Part shown: piece by piece, positions 26,331 through 38,190 of the stretch | Layout: the number at the start of each line of letters is the position of its first letter | Position numbering within the stretch: position 1 is the first letter of the stretch | Position numbers and translations under genes: made by a program | DNA from: Podarcis bocagei | Lineage: Eukaryota | Reading direction: 5' to 3' (one strand) | DNA length: 64,000 bases | Assembly (NCBI GenBank): GCA_964188305.1 | Contig: OZ076895.1 | The notes under the pieces: generated by a model | Databases searched by the model: none | What the model saw: only the letters and a program-made list of their open reading frames with translations | What the model was told of the DNA's origin: nothing

Positions 26331-26674
26331 AAAAAGTAAAGGTGAAGGGACCCCTGACCATTAGGTCCAGTCGTGACCGACTCTGGGGTTGTGGCGCTCA
26401 TCTCACTTTATTGGCCAAGGGAGCCGGCGTACAGCTTCCAGGTCATGTGGCCAGCATGCTCTGGCAAACCAGAGCAGCACATGGAAACGCCGTTTACCTT
26501 CCCGCTGGAGCGGTACCTATTTATCTACTTGCACTTCGTGCTTTCGAACGGCTAGGTTGGCAGGAGCTGGGACTGAGCAATGGGAGCTCACCCCATCGCA
26601 GGGATTCGAACCGCCAACCTTCTGATCAGCAAGTCCTAGGCTCTGTGGTTTAACCCACAGCACCACCTGTGTCC
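26331..26674 (-). mobile_element. Sauria SINE
   Basis: Highly similar to 22981-23343; flanked by a tgttcttca duplication. Confidence 0.92.
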
Positions 26675-29600
26675 TGTTCTTCACTTACCCACTAAATAAT
26701 GTCAACTTTGTACATAGCTTTCTACTCCTTGGAAACTTGTTGAACCCTCAAAATTTTTCAGGATACTTGCAAACCTAATTGAGTTCACTTCTCAGGATTG
26801 CAATAAAAATAAGTGGAACAACAGTGGTTCTACTAATTCTGTAACTGTGCATTTGCTTTTTAAAAAATCTGTTGTGAACTGTCTTGCACTTTCAAGACAG
26901 GCTAGCGATACGTTCTCATCGATACGCACTCAGTTTCAACATTCGACAATGAAATTTTATTTTCTCATTTCTGTTTAAGGAGGGTGGGAGAGAAAATATT
27001 AGCTCCTCTGAAACCTGTTTTCCAAATCCTACCACTTCATTTTCAGTTCTTTGCATGTAATTAACATTTCAAGTCTATCCTTTGTAATTCAACACAGACA
27101 AGCTCATCACAAACTTTTTCCTCTTCCATTTTTGCCCTTGAACTAAAAGGCATCAACTTTATGCAGCAGGAAGAAAGAACATGAGTGAGGGAGGGACTGG
27201 GATTAATAAGTTTGAAGTCAAAGCTAAATATCTACTAATGTTTCACAAGTTATTGCTACCTATCTAGGGACCGGAACAGTCTTAGGTTAACCAAAGTTTT
27301 CTTAAGATTTATCAATATCAGTCAAGGCTCCTGAGTGAATATTTGACTTTCTACTTGGGAGATGCTATTTGCATATCATCAGATAATTATGAGCCACAGG
27401 TACATTTCCTAGCCTCTTCCTCTGAATGTCGAAACTATGGAAATTCCTGAGATGAATGGCAATATTGGATGCTTTTTATTTTAAAAAATCAAGTCACAAG
27501 GGCCCAAAGGCTACCCATGCCAAGAGAAAAGGAAGATAATTGGGTTGTGTCCTTTCCAACATTTGTTTTATTCAGAAATGTGTCAGATCACACTCTCTGC
27601 TTTGTATGCAATTCAGAAGGCACTATGTATATTAATGCCAATACCTCCTGGCACATGGATTCTCACCAAGAACATTGCTATTCCCTGGGTTGCCTCTACA
27701 TTTGATATACAAAGCCATTCCAGACTTACAAACATAATGAGGAGGAAAATAAAGTTCCCATTATTAAGCCTATCGAACAGCCCCTGTGATATCAGCTTTG
27801 GAGAGACAATTAATGGCAAGCCAGCTGGTCAAGGGCCCATGCCAGAAGGTCAGGCATTATCTCAACGGTGCTGCCATCCTCACAGCACATGTAGCACCCA
27901 AGAAGTTCAGATGCAGCATTGAAAAACCCTCACTTTTCATGCCTTGCCTATTCCAGGTTAAGTGGGGGGAAGTACTGCAAGTAGCAGCAGCCAACACCAG
28001 AAGCTTCAGAGTGCGCATGCAAGAATAGGTTGATCATGGCGCGATTCAGCCACCTGCCAGCATCCAGCTCCTGGCAGTTAGAGGATTGTCACTCAGCTAT
28101 CTGAACATGAATCTGAAGGCGCCATAAATGTCAAAGAACAATGTCGTTTTGACCTTTGCAGAAGGAACATCATATTCACTGCTTTGTGACAGACACACCC
28201 TGAGGGCAATATGGAAAACCTCATATTGACAAATGTCAAACAAATCTTGGGGCATGTAATATCAGTACTCACCATTTCAGAAGTGAAATGAGCAACTGTC
28301 TACTTCTAATGTTCTACAAGGGAAGGCAACCCCAACCCACAGAAGTCCCACAAAACTCTTGGTGAACCACTGTGACCAAAAGCTATACTTTGGATCCAAA
28401 TGTCAGCTGACCAACAAGGAGGCATGCTGGAACAGGGCCACTGGTGCAAAAGATGGCGACTGTAGAAAGAATGACAGAGGTACCCAAAGAGTGCACAACT
28501 TTCAGAAGAATGTTTATTTCAGAGATGGAGGCCAAACCAACCAGAAGTCACTCCAGCCTTCAAGTTAGTGTAACGAGAAACCAACAGCCCAACAGCTCCA
28601 GCCCAACAGGAGCCAAGGAAACAAGAACTACAAGGCTGTTACTTTATATTTGAGTGTCTAATGGACTCATATAGATAGGTAGATAGGTATAAAAATAAGT
28701 TACCCATATAAGCTACCCACGCTTTGGATGCAGATCATGTAAATGCAGAATCCATGCAAAACTGAGCCTGGGGTACTGAAAGCACAAAACTCAGTTCCTG
28801 TGGAAGGACATGAATAAAGAAGACTTCCATTCTTTCACCAGCTTTGCAGACTTTTACTTTCTCATTCTTTTTATTATTTTAAGGGTTGAGCAAATTCTTT
28901 CAGACATGTGGGGAAGCAAGCAAGATACAGAGACTGGTGTGGAGAGAGACACAAGTGGACAGCAACATCATAAGCAGTGGCGATCAATTCCGGATTCAAT
29001 GTACTGCTTTATATTTGACAAGCACTCAAGTGGAGACTGGGAAACATAACTTGAAATGAAGTTACTATAAAGGCCTCAGAGGCAGGAGTGCCCCAAACTG
29101 ATGGTCTTCCCAGCACACATAGCAGCTGTACTCTCCAAGTGGCCTGAGGAGGGTGCAGAGGCTTCTCTCTCTCCTCCTGCCATGAACTGACCACATTCGT
29201 GCCTCAAAGGGCTGCGCTCCATTCATCTCTGAGCAACATGGACTTCTTGGCAGACCCCAAGTGTCACCATGTAAAGGCTTTCCAACAACTCAGTGCGAAG
29301 CCCCTCTGGGCCAATGACCATCCCAGCATGCTGCTCAAGCGACAGGCCCTCTAACCACAGAAGCTCACAATGTCCTTTCCCCTCCAATGCCTTATTTTGC
29401 AGGAGGGATCACTACGGAGCTTGCCAAAGGGAGAGGACCTGCCAGGCTGAACTACAAAATTTGAACAGCTAATGCCCTGTGACATGCTGGGCTTGTGTGC
29501 AGAGGATTCTCATGGAAAGCGAGGATGTCCCCACCACCATCACCACTTTTGGTTATGATAAGGATATTTTTTTAAAAGTTAAAGCCCAAACCTGCGGAAA

Positions 29601-30632
29601 AAATCAGTCCAAGGTCAGGCTCGAAGTTATTTGTGTGTGCTTCTTTCTTTCTTTTTTCCCTTAGCTAGATTCATCTTAGTGGTTCAGCTGTTTCTGGATA
29701 GAACTAAACTATACACAGGAAAGTAACCAAGATAACGGCTACAGAAGAGGAGCAAAGATTTGGTTGGCAGTGGCTTTAGGGTCCAGTCTGTGTCCTGCAT
29801 GGCTTGCCCTCTGCCTTTCTGGTTCTGACACCAGTCTGTAAACAAGAAATCCCGATAATGAGGGTGAGGAATGAATCACACTAACAAGCTGCACTCAGCA
29901 GAGGTGCATCCAACAGTTCTGAGGATTTCTAACCAAATGAAACTGCAGAAGCGCAGCTCCTTGTGTCCTTCTTTTGTCTCAGACGAGTGACACCAAAATA
30001 TCGTATCTAAGCAAGGAAAACATTTTCACTGTTGGTAAAATGAAAAACTTCAGAGCCACAGACACCCAGCTGCAATCGCCTAGGCATTAAGGTTGATTGT
30101 CCGTTACTTCAACTCGACAAAGAGGGCCATTCCACAAGGGTGCCCCGATGAAGGTCTCTGAAGTGACAATCCCAAACAGTTCTGACAGCTTGACTTTTGT
30201 TGGCATTGAGCTGCTGGGACTTGCCATGAAACACAGGGAAAGCTGCCGCAAATGTCCTCAGGTGACACTGACATGCCCTTATGCAGGGCTCACTATCTCA
30301 TGCCAGCTCCAGCTGGAGCAGGATTCATGCCTATTAGGCTCTGTACATATCTGTACTGTCAAGTCCTTGCTCTCCTGGTTTCAAAGATGGAAGGGTGGGG
30401 GAAAGAAGGGTGTGATGGATGGACTTTCACAATTATTTCCTAAAAGGATTCAGTGCTGCAGTTTGGGGGGGGAAAGGTCTTGACCTAATATCACGTTTGT
30501 TGTGGCCCAGGTAGGGGAAAGTGGGGTGGAAGAAGTAGGTACATTCAAATTCAGACATTTACTTATTTATTTATGGCATTTAGATGCCAACCCAATAAAA
30601 AAAAGAGGAAGCTGACAAAAAAAATTAAAATA

Positions 30633-30960
30633 GGTTCTCAGACTGTGGTACGTGCCTTTCAGGTGGTCCACGATGTGTCTGAATTACATATTCATATTGA
30701 TTTTTAATTGTATTTTAATTGATTCTTTTATTTCTCATATTGTATTTTATTGTGTTCTGCTTAGATTTCATATTGAATTCAGATTGCTATGCAATAAAAT
30801 ACAATATTAGAAATAAAGGAAGCAACAAAAATACAATTTAAAATTACACAGCATCTAGCACAGCACACTACAGATGCTACAACTGGCAGAGGTCCACCAT
30901 GATTCTCAGCACTTTTCAAGTGATCCAAGGGCACCGGAGGGGGGGAGTTTTAGGAGAGTC
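30633..30960. mobile_element. Degenerate hAT-like MITE
   Basis: ggttctcagactgtggtacgtg...caggtggtccacg start and ttttcaagtgatcca end, resembling 43746-43910. Confidence 0.4.
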
Positions 30961-31278
30961 CACCACCTCTCATGGGAGTCTAATACACTGTCAAACAGCT
31001 CTTACCATCAGAAGATTCTTCCTGATGTTTACCGTATTTTTCGCACCATAGGGCGCACCGGACCATAGGGCGCACCCAGTTTTTAGGGGGGGAATTCAAG
31101 AAAAAAAATCTTTCCCCCCCCCCGCAGCCCCAAAGAGCAGCGTACAGGCTGCACACAACCTCTCCCTGCCGGAGGGGTTGCGTGCAGCTATGGATCAAGC
31201 CAAGGCAGCGAGCGGGATGGATCCCGCTCGCTGTTTTGGCTTCCCCTTTAGCCCCGTGCAGCCTCTCCTTGGCGGAGG

Positions 31279-31608
31279 GGCTGCACAGGGCTTTCCTGGC
31301 TTTCCTGGGAGGTGGGGGGATTCCCTCACCTCTCCCCAAAGCCCGCAGAAGCCGTGCAAACCCTTTAAAGAGATCACGGCTTCTCCTGGCTTTCCTGGGA
31401 GGCGGGGGATTCCCCCACCTCCCGCAAAACCGGCAGAAGCCGCGCGCCTTTTAAAAGGGCTGCACGGCTTCTCCTGGCTTTCCTGGGAGGCGGGGGGATT
31501 CCCCCGCCTCCCGCAAAACCGGCAGAAGCCACGCGCCTTTTAAAAGGGCTGCACGGCTTCTCCTGGCTTTCCTGGGAGGCGGGGGATTCCCCCGCCTCCC
31601 GCAAAACC
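31279..31608. repeat. ~89-bp GC-rich tandem array, ~3.7 copies
   Basis: Unit starts (cacgg/cacag) at 31284, 31375, 31463 and 31552; units carry GGGAGGCGGGGG-ATT-CCCCCGCCTCCC or a close variant. Confidence 0.9.
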
Positions 31609-32358
31609 AGGCTCCCCCCCCCAGCCTTCTAACCAAGTCGGGGGACAGCGGCAAAGGCGCGCTGCGCCCCTGCCGCTGTCCCCCGAGTTTGCGGGGCTGG
31701 CGACGGGGAGGAGCAGGCTTCTCCCCCCGCCAGCCTTCTAGACAAGTCGGGGGACAGCGGCAAAGGCGCGTTGCGCCTCTCCCGCTGTCTCCCGAGTTTG
31801 CGGGGCTGGCGACGGGGAGGAGCAGGCTTCTCCCCCTGCCAGCCTTCTAGACAAGTCAGGGGACAGCGGCAAAGGCGCGCTGCGCCCCTGCCGCTGTCCC
31901 CCGAGTTTGCGGGGCTGGCGACGGGGAGGAGCAGGCTTCTCCCCCCGCCAGCCTTCTAGACAAGTCGGGGGACAGCGGCAAAGGCGCGCTGCGCCCCTGC
32001 CGCTGTCTCCCGAGTTTGCGGGGCTGGCGACGGGGAGGAGCAGGCTTCTCCCCCCGCCAGCCTTCTAGCCAAGTCGGGGGACAGCGGCAAAGGCGCGCTG
32101 CGCCCCTGCCGCTGTCCCCCGAGTTTGCGGGGCTGGCGACGGGGAGGAGCAGGCTTCTCCCCCCGCCAGCCTTCTAGCCAAGTCGGGGGACAGCGGCAAA
32201 GGCGCGCTGCGCCCCTGCCGCTGTCTCCCGAGTTTGCGGGGCTGGCGACGGGGAGGAGCAGGCTCCCCCCCCGCCAGCCTTCTAACCAAGTCGGGGGACA
32301 GCGGGAAGGGCGCACTGCGCCTCTCCCGCTGTCCCCCGAGCTTGTGGGGCTGGCAGTG
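31609..32358. repeat. 109-bp GC-rich tandem array (minisatellite), ~6.9 copies
   Basis: caagtc(g/a)gggg unit starts at 31634, 31743, 31852, 31961, 32070, 32179 and 32287. Confidence 0.95.
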
Positions 32359-34177
32359 GGGCTCTCCTGAAGCCTGGAGTGCGAGAGGGGTCGGTGCGCA
32401 CCGACCCCTCTCGCTCTCCAGGCTTCAGCGAAAGCCTGCATTCGCACCATAGGACGCACACACATTTCCCCTTCATTTTTGGAGGGGGAAAAGTGCGTCC
32501 TATAGTGCGAAAAATACGGTAATTGGAATCTCCTTTATTACAACTTGAATCCATTGGTTCCGGTCCTAGCCTCCAGAGCAGGAAAAAGCAAGATTGTTCC
32601 ATCTTCCATGTGACAGCCTTTCAGATATTTGAAGACTGATACCACGCCTACTCCCAATCTCTTCTTTACCAAGCTAAACATACACATTTTCAGATCCCTG
32701 ATAATCCCAGTTGCCCTCTGCTGAACATGTTCCAGCTTGTCAATAACCTTCTTAAATTGGGGTGCCCAGAACAGGACTGTCATTAATAAAACAAAAAAAC
32801 AAAGATTTTTTGAAAAACAAAAAAAGCTAAATCAAGGAGAATGTTAAAAGTTATTGAAAGCATGAAAAGCCACCTAAAAGCTGTGTCTTCGCTTGGTGCC
32901 AAAGTTACAACTCTCCACACCCAACAGACTTGTTAGGAGAAGGCATTCCACAGCAGATGCCACCATGAAAAAGGGCTCCACCCCATGTTGCTACTGAACA
33001 AACCTCTCCTAATCATGGAATGGTAACCTTAAGAGCTTGGGCAGGCAAATAAGGGAGATATGCTCCTTCAAATGGGTTGATATGGCAAAGAACTTGGAGG
33101 TGAGGTTTAACAAGAAAATTGAAATCTATAGAATAAAGGGAGTTGGAAAGAAGGTAGAAAGCTAAACTAATGAAAAGAGAGGTTGCCTATTTTTATTTAT
33201 AAATAAGGAGCCCATAGTGTATATGACAAGGATTAAAAAATAAGAATAAAAGCATGGGGCGAAAAGTGCTCTCTGGTCCTTGCACAGCTTCTGTCCATGC
33301 CTGCACAAGGGAAGACAGAACCTGATGCAGCTTTCAAGGAAATAACAACTTCCTTTCCTCTACTGTTGTCTGGAAAGGCCCTTAGCACAGCCTTTTAAAT
33401 GAATTTCTTCCAAAGACAACTTTTCATTCAATGCAACCATGCTTCTTCTGTTCAAGATAAACGTGGCCGGGGGAGGGGGCCGGGGCTGCAATTGTGAAGC
33501 TTAACGGCAGTGCATGATAAATAAAAAGAGGGAAAGTTGCTTCTAGGCTGAAGCTGGCCTTTTCGTGGAGGTGAAGTGCCAGCAGGAAATCTCCTCCTAT
33601 TCCCCTCCCTCCGCAAACCTTACAAAAGTTGGGTGAATTTCAAAACTTTTCCATTGTGCACCAGGGTGTTTTGATCTTCTGCGCTGTGATCTCTTCGTTT
33701 GCTCGGGCCCTAACTAGACCAGGGACCTCAGAAAATGCTGCCAGTCACTTTCATCAAAATGAAACCTGGCAGAAGAGCGAGTTTTACCTGGAGCTCTGGA
33801 GACCTATTAGGGGGAAACTGGACCTGGCAGTTCTTTGGATCTTTTCCTCCCCCTTTCTCACAACACTTGAGTGTTATTTCCAGAGGGCTTTAAAGTGGCT
33901 TTTCATAATCACACTAATGATATTGACAGAGCATTCTGCCTGTTTTATCCACAATTTCAGGACTGCAAGGATACTAAAGATTTCCCAGGAACCCAGGCCA
34001 AAGCTTGGCCTCATTACTCAACAATGCTATATCATTGCTAACAGCAGCCAGGGCTGCTGCACTGCAATGTAGGGTACACTATCAAGTTTAAATTGGCCAG
34101 TGGGTCATACTAGAATTGTCAACTAACTAGGAAAGAGAATAAGAAGGGAGGGAAGGGGGGGGGGAGACAGCTAAAAC

Positions 34178-34279
34178 ATTATTATTATTATTATTATTAT
34201 TATTAGTAGTAGTAGTAGTATACTTAGTATACTTAGTATACTTAGTATACTTAGTATACTTAGTATACTTATTATTATT
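34178..34279. repeat. Compound microsatellite (ATT)n(AGT)n(AGTATACTT)6(ATT)n
   Basis: Six exact 9-mers at 34217-34270. Confidence 0.9.
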
Positions 34280-34364
34280 TGATATTGTTGCTGCTGCTCC
34301 TGCCACCAGAATTTTGAGGGGTATCCAAGGTTATTTGATTCAGCATTATCATCCCCATCTAGTA

Positions 34365-34592
34365 CAGTGGTACCTCTGGTTGCATACTTAATTCGTTCCG
34401 GAGATCTGTTCTTAACCTGAAACTGTTCTTAACCTGAAGCACCACTTTAGCTAATGGGGCCTCCCGCTGCCACCGCGCAATTTCTGTTCTCATCCTGAAG
34501 CAAAGTTCTTAACCCGTAATATTTCTGGGTTAGCGGAGTCTGTAACCTGAAGTGTATGTAACCTGAAGCGTATGTAACCCAAGGTACCACTA
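34365..34592. mobile_element. Tc1/mariner (Tigger-like) MITE
   Basis: TA-flanked TIRs cagtggtacctctggtt / aacccaaggtaccacta and internal taacctgaa repeats; same family as 56447-56688. Confidence 0.88.
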
Positions 34593-34611
34593 TATATGTG
34601 TTTGAAGTGTG

Positions 34612-34921
34612 CAACCACACATCGTTTAGCCCGGACACTGAGATCCAGCGCTAAGGGCCTTCTGGCGGCTCCCTCATTGCGAGAAGTGAGGTTACAGGGA
34701 ACCAGAGAGAGGGCCTTCTCGGTAGTGGCGCCCGCCCTGTGGAACGCCCTCCCTTCAGATATGAAGGAAATAAGCAGCTATCTTCTCTTTAAAAGACATC
34801 TGAAGGCAGCCCTGTTTAGGGAAGTTTTTAATATTTAATGCTGTATTGTTTTTAACACTTGATTGGAAGCCGCCCAGAGTGGTTGGGGAAACTCAGCCAG
34901 ATGGGCGGGGTATAAATAATA

Positions 34922-34968
<47 letters not shown>
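34612..34968 (+). mobile_element. L2-like LINE 3' end with (ATT)n tail
   Basis: ORF 34596-34838 RTLRSS...RAFSVVAPALWNALP...FKRHLKAALFREVF, then gatgggcggggtataaataat(att)n. Confidence 0.85.
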
Positions 34969-34969
<1 letters not shown>

Positions 34970-37107
34970 CACACTAAAGAGCATTGATGGGCAAACTGAG
35001 CCATTTGGCTTGTGGCTAAGAGAGCTCTCTGACTAAAAATGGAGAAAATAGTAGGGTTATTTCTGAGCCTTTTTAAAACCCCACCCCACAGTGGTGTTTG
35101 TGGCAACAGCAGATAGATCCAGCCTTCATCCTTGGCATGTGAGCCATCATGACTGTATTTCCCAGGGCATGTGGGCTGGCTGCTGCTGTTGGAAAGGAAG
35201 GGATTAAAGACCTGTCTACCACTGCCACTGCAGCAAAGTACAGGGGAGGCAAATTAACTGGGGTGGGCGATAGCTCAAAAGAGATGGGTAAAGAGGGGAA
35301 GTCAAGGTTGTAAGCAGAGGATGAATGAAAGCCCTTACTTGGGTAGCAGAGTGAGGAGAGGCCTATGTTTTGGAAAGGGGGCAGAGAGGTAAGAAGGGAT
35401 CAAGCTGCACGTGAAGTCAAGAATGCTGCAGGGTTTGAATCTCACGTATTCAAACAGTGAGGCAGATACATATTGTTATTTCTGCATGCAAGGAGCAAAC
35501 TTCCCCACAGTCACAATACAAATGGCACTTCTGCTGCGTTCTCCCCCAGCAGGACACTCACTCGATAAGAGGCTTTCTACAAAAAGCCAATATAAAAACT
35601 TAATAGAAGATGCTCTTCCATAGTTTAAAAGGCATCCCGGAGCACCCACTTCATTAGTTCTAAGTGCTGTTCTAGGAAGTAGCACTTAAGATGTTATTCT
35701 TTAAAATAAAAAAGTGACACTCCTGCATCCCTCTGTCTCAATTTATTTCACGGTATTTGCAGAGAGCAGAAAGTCAAAAGCAATACTGCAAACCAAACAA
35801 TATAAATAAGTCTAAATCACTGACATTAAACTGTGCTCCTTGGCTTTTACAACACAGAGTCGCCACTATCAGGCGGCACAATTGAATTTAAAGGTTCATT
35901 TCACAAATTAAATCTTGGCTGTGTTGTACAGGCCAGACTTCCTACAGAAGCGAAAACAGTTTATTGGTGGTCACGGTCCTTCACATACAGCGTGATTCTC
36001 TGGGAATGCTTTTCATAAAGAGCTACCACCTCTTTCAAGAAGTTAAAATGGAATCGTCAGGATTTGGGCCACAGCCGGTCAGAAACCTCTCACATGAGCC
36101 CCACTGAAATGAATGAGAGCGGGACAAAGGGCACATAATATTATTTCAGTGGCTACTTAGGAAGTTGCCCCATGGTCTCTGGTCTCTCTAGTTCAGTACT
36201 GTCAACACTGACTGGCAGCACCTCCCCAGGGTACTCTCCCCGCGCTACCTGGAGATGCCCAGGATTAAGATGCTTCACCAATGAGCAATGGCCATTCTCC
36301 ATTAAGACACATTCCTGCTGAACTATGCTCCCTTTCCCTGGCAGGTAAGTCCAGAAGTACAGTAAAATTCCCTGCCAGTTTGATCCTACAATCCTAATTT
36401 TTGACCACATTTCTCCCCATCCGGAGAGAAGTATTATTAAACCGCACAAATAAAGGAAAAAGGCAGGCAGGCCTAGCTTGGTGGTTAAACATGAAAATAT
36501 ATTTATTTACATATATAAAGGAGCAGGGATAGCAGCTATTAACTACACACGTTTACAAGAAATATCCAATAGCAATTTAATCCACAAGCCTTTAAGATAA
36601 GATGATATATTAAACACAAACATATTTTTTATCTTGCTTTAAGATTCCCTAAATGCTTTTTATTCCTCTTAGGCTAAAAAAGGCTTGGGGAATGTCCCAT
36701 AATGGGGCACTTAGTCAAAATGCTAGTGGGTGTCAACTTTTTTTATCTGGTAAGCAGCATAAAATACTCCTTGTACCAAAATCTAAGCCTCCTAAACATA
36801 GTTTTTGAAGAGCAGCAATCTCCAGATCCAAAGCAGGTTATTTTTTTTAATGCTCAGGCTCCAACTTTGTCAGGTGGGGTTGGGTCCTTCAAAGACATAA
36901 GTGTGCTTGGTGCGCCTTATTTATTGCTCCCTTCCTTGGTCCTCAACCTTTCATATGCATCTGTAGGGATCTGCTCTTAATTTTATTTTATTTTAAGAAT
37001 ATGCTCATTTTAAAATCTTTTAACCAATGAATGTTTCCATCCCAAAATTCTAATCTGATACCTCCAATGCTATCGTTGTATGACTGTCAACCAATTGTTA
37101 AATGCAA

Positions 37108-37460
37108 ATAAAGGTAAAGGGACCCCTGACCATTAGGTCCAGTCGTGGCCGACTCTGGGGTTGCGGCGCTCATCTCGCTTTATTGGCCGAGGGAGCTGGC
37201 GTACAGCTTCCAGGTCATGTGGCCAGTATGACTAAGCCGCTTCTGGCAAACCAGAGCAGCGCATGGAAATGCCGTTTACCTTCCCGCCGGAGCGGTACCT
37301 ATTTATCTACTTGCACTTTGACGTGCTTTCAAACTGCTAGATTGGCAGGAGCAGGGACCGAGCAACGGGAGCTCATCCCATTGCGGGGATTCGAACCGCC
37401 AACCTTCTGATCAGCAAGTCCTAGGCTCTGTGGTTTAACCCACAGCGCCACCCGTGTCCC
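37108..37460 (-). mobile_element. Full-length Sauria SINE
   Basis: Same family as 22981-23343; 10-bp TSD ttaaatgcaa (37098-37107, 37461-37470). Confidence 0.93.
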
Positions 37461-37579
37461 TTAAATGCAAGTACACTTACACAAAATGATTCCAACCATT
37501 CTCAACGGCACACCTTTTATACAGTTGCTCTGTGTACCCATTCAGCATTCAGCCCAGAAACATCAACTGGCTCAAATAG

Positions 37580-38190
37580 CTGCATTCAGATTGTTGGCTG
37601 GGGCTGGTTATATATGGAACATATGACTTCCTTCCTAGAGCAGCCCCACTGGCTACTGCTCTGTTTCTAGACACAGTTCAAAGTGCTGGACATCACCTAT
37701 AAAACCCTGCATGGCTTAGGTCCAAGCGATCTGAAAGATTGTATTCCCTCATACGAACTTGCATGGCTTTTGAGATCTTCAGGGGAAGTCCTGCCACCCT
37801 CACAGGCACACTTGGTGGGGATGAGGGAGAGGGCCTTCTTGGTGGCTGCCCCAAGACCTCAGAACTCCCTCCTTAGAGAAGCTAGACTGGCTCCCTCCTT
37901 GCTGTCCTTCTGCCAGCAGGTGAAAACTTTATTGGTTCCAACAGGCTTTTGGGAATTGACTGCTTGTAATTAAAGAGATGGCACCATGCTGTTTTTTTAT
38001 TGTGATTACTGGTATGTTTTAAAACAGATTTTATATATGTATATATTCTTAATTCTATCAATGTTCAATTGTATTTTAATGATTGATCGTTCTATGTTTT
38101 TAGTGGTTATTGTTTTAATCTGTAAGCTGCCTTGAGTCACCATCTGGGGGAAAAGTGGTGTATTATTATTATTATTAATATTATGATTAT
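37580..38190 (+). mobile_element. Older L2-like LINE 3' fragment
   Basis: ORF 37683-37973 ITYKTLHGLGPSDLKDCI...RAFLVAAPR, followed by a T-rich UTR, gtaagctgccttgagtc and an (ATT)n tail. Confidence 0.72.

Larger units (their letters stand above)
31032..32519 (-). mobile_element. Large non-autonomous Tc1/mariner-type (Tc2/pogo-like) element, 1488 bp, filled with GC-rich hairpin tandem arrays
   Basis: TA-flanked TIRs ccgtatttttcgcaccatagggcgcac / gtgcgtcctatagtgcgaaaaatacgg. The right end is colinear (reverse complement) with the left ends of 25816-26077 and 48675-48986. No transposase ORF. Confidence 0.9.
30975..32775 (-). mobile_element. CR1 LINE 3' fragment split by the 31032-32519 transposon
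   Basis: agaagattcttcctgatgttta|attggaatctcctt...ttgaatccattggtt joins across the insertion; ORF 32538-32783(-) FWAPQFKKVIDKLEHVQQRAT...FKYLKGCH is the CR1 ORF2 C-terminus. Confidence 0.82.

Noticed and set aside
28461-28700. Possible minus-strand solo LTR (TATAAA ~28645, AATAAA ~28515, TG/CA end at 28461)
   Set aside because: The second boundary and TSD could not be identified; the motifs alone are insufficient.
31609-32358. CRISPR-like array or coding repeat (ORFs 31771-31959, 31956-32465, 32125-32370)
   Set aside because: The units are contiguous near-identical repeats with no unique spacers, in a vertebrate intron with no cas genes. The ORFs are by-products of stop-poor GC-rich sequence, and 109 is not a multiple of 3.
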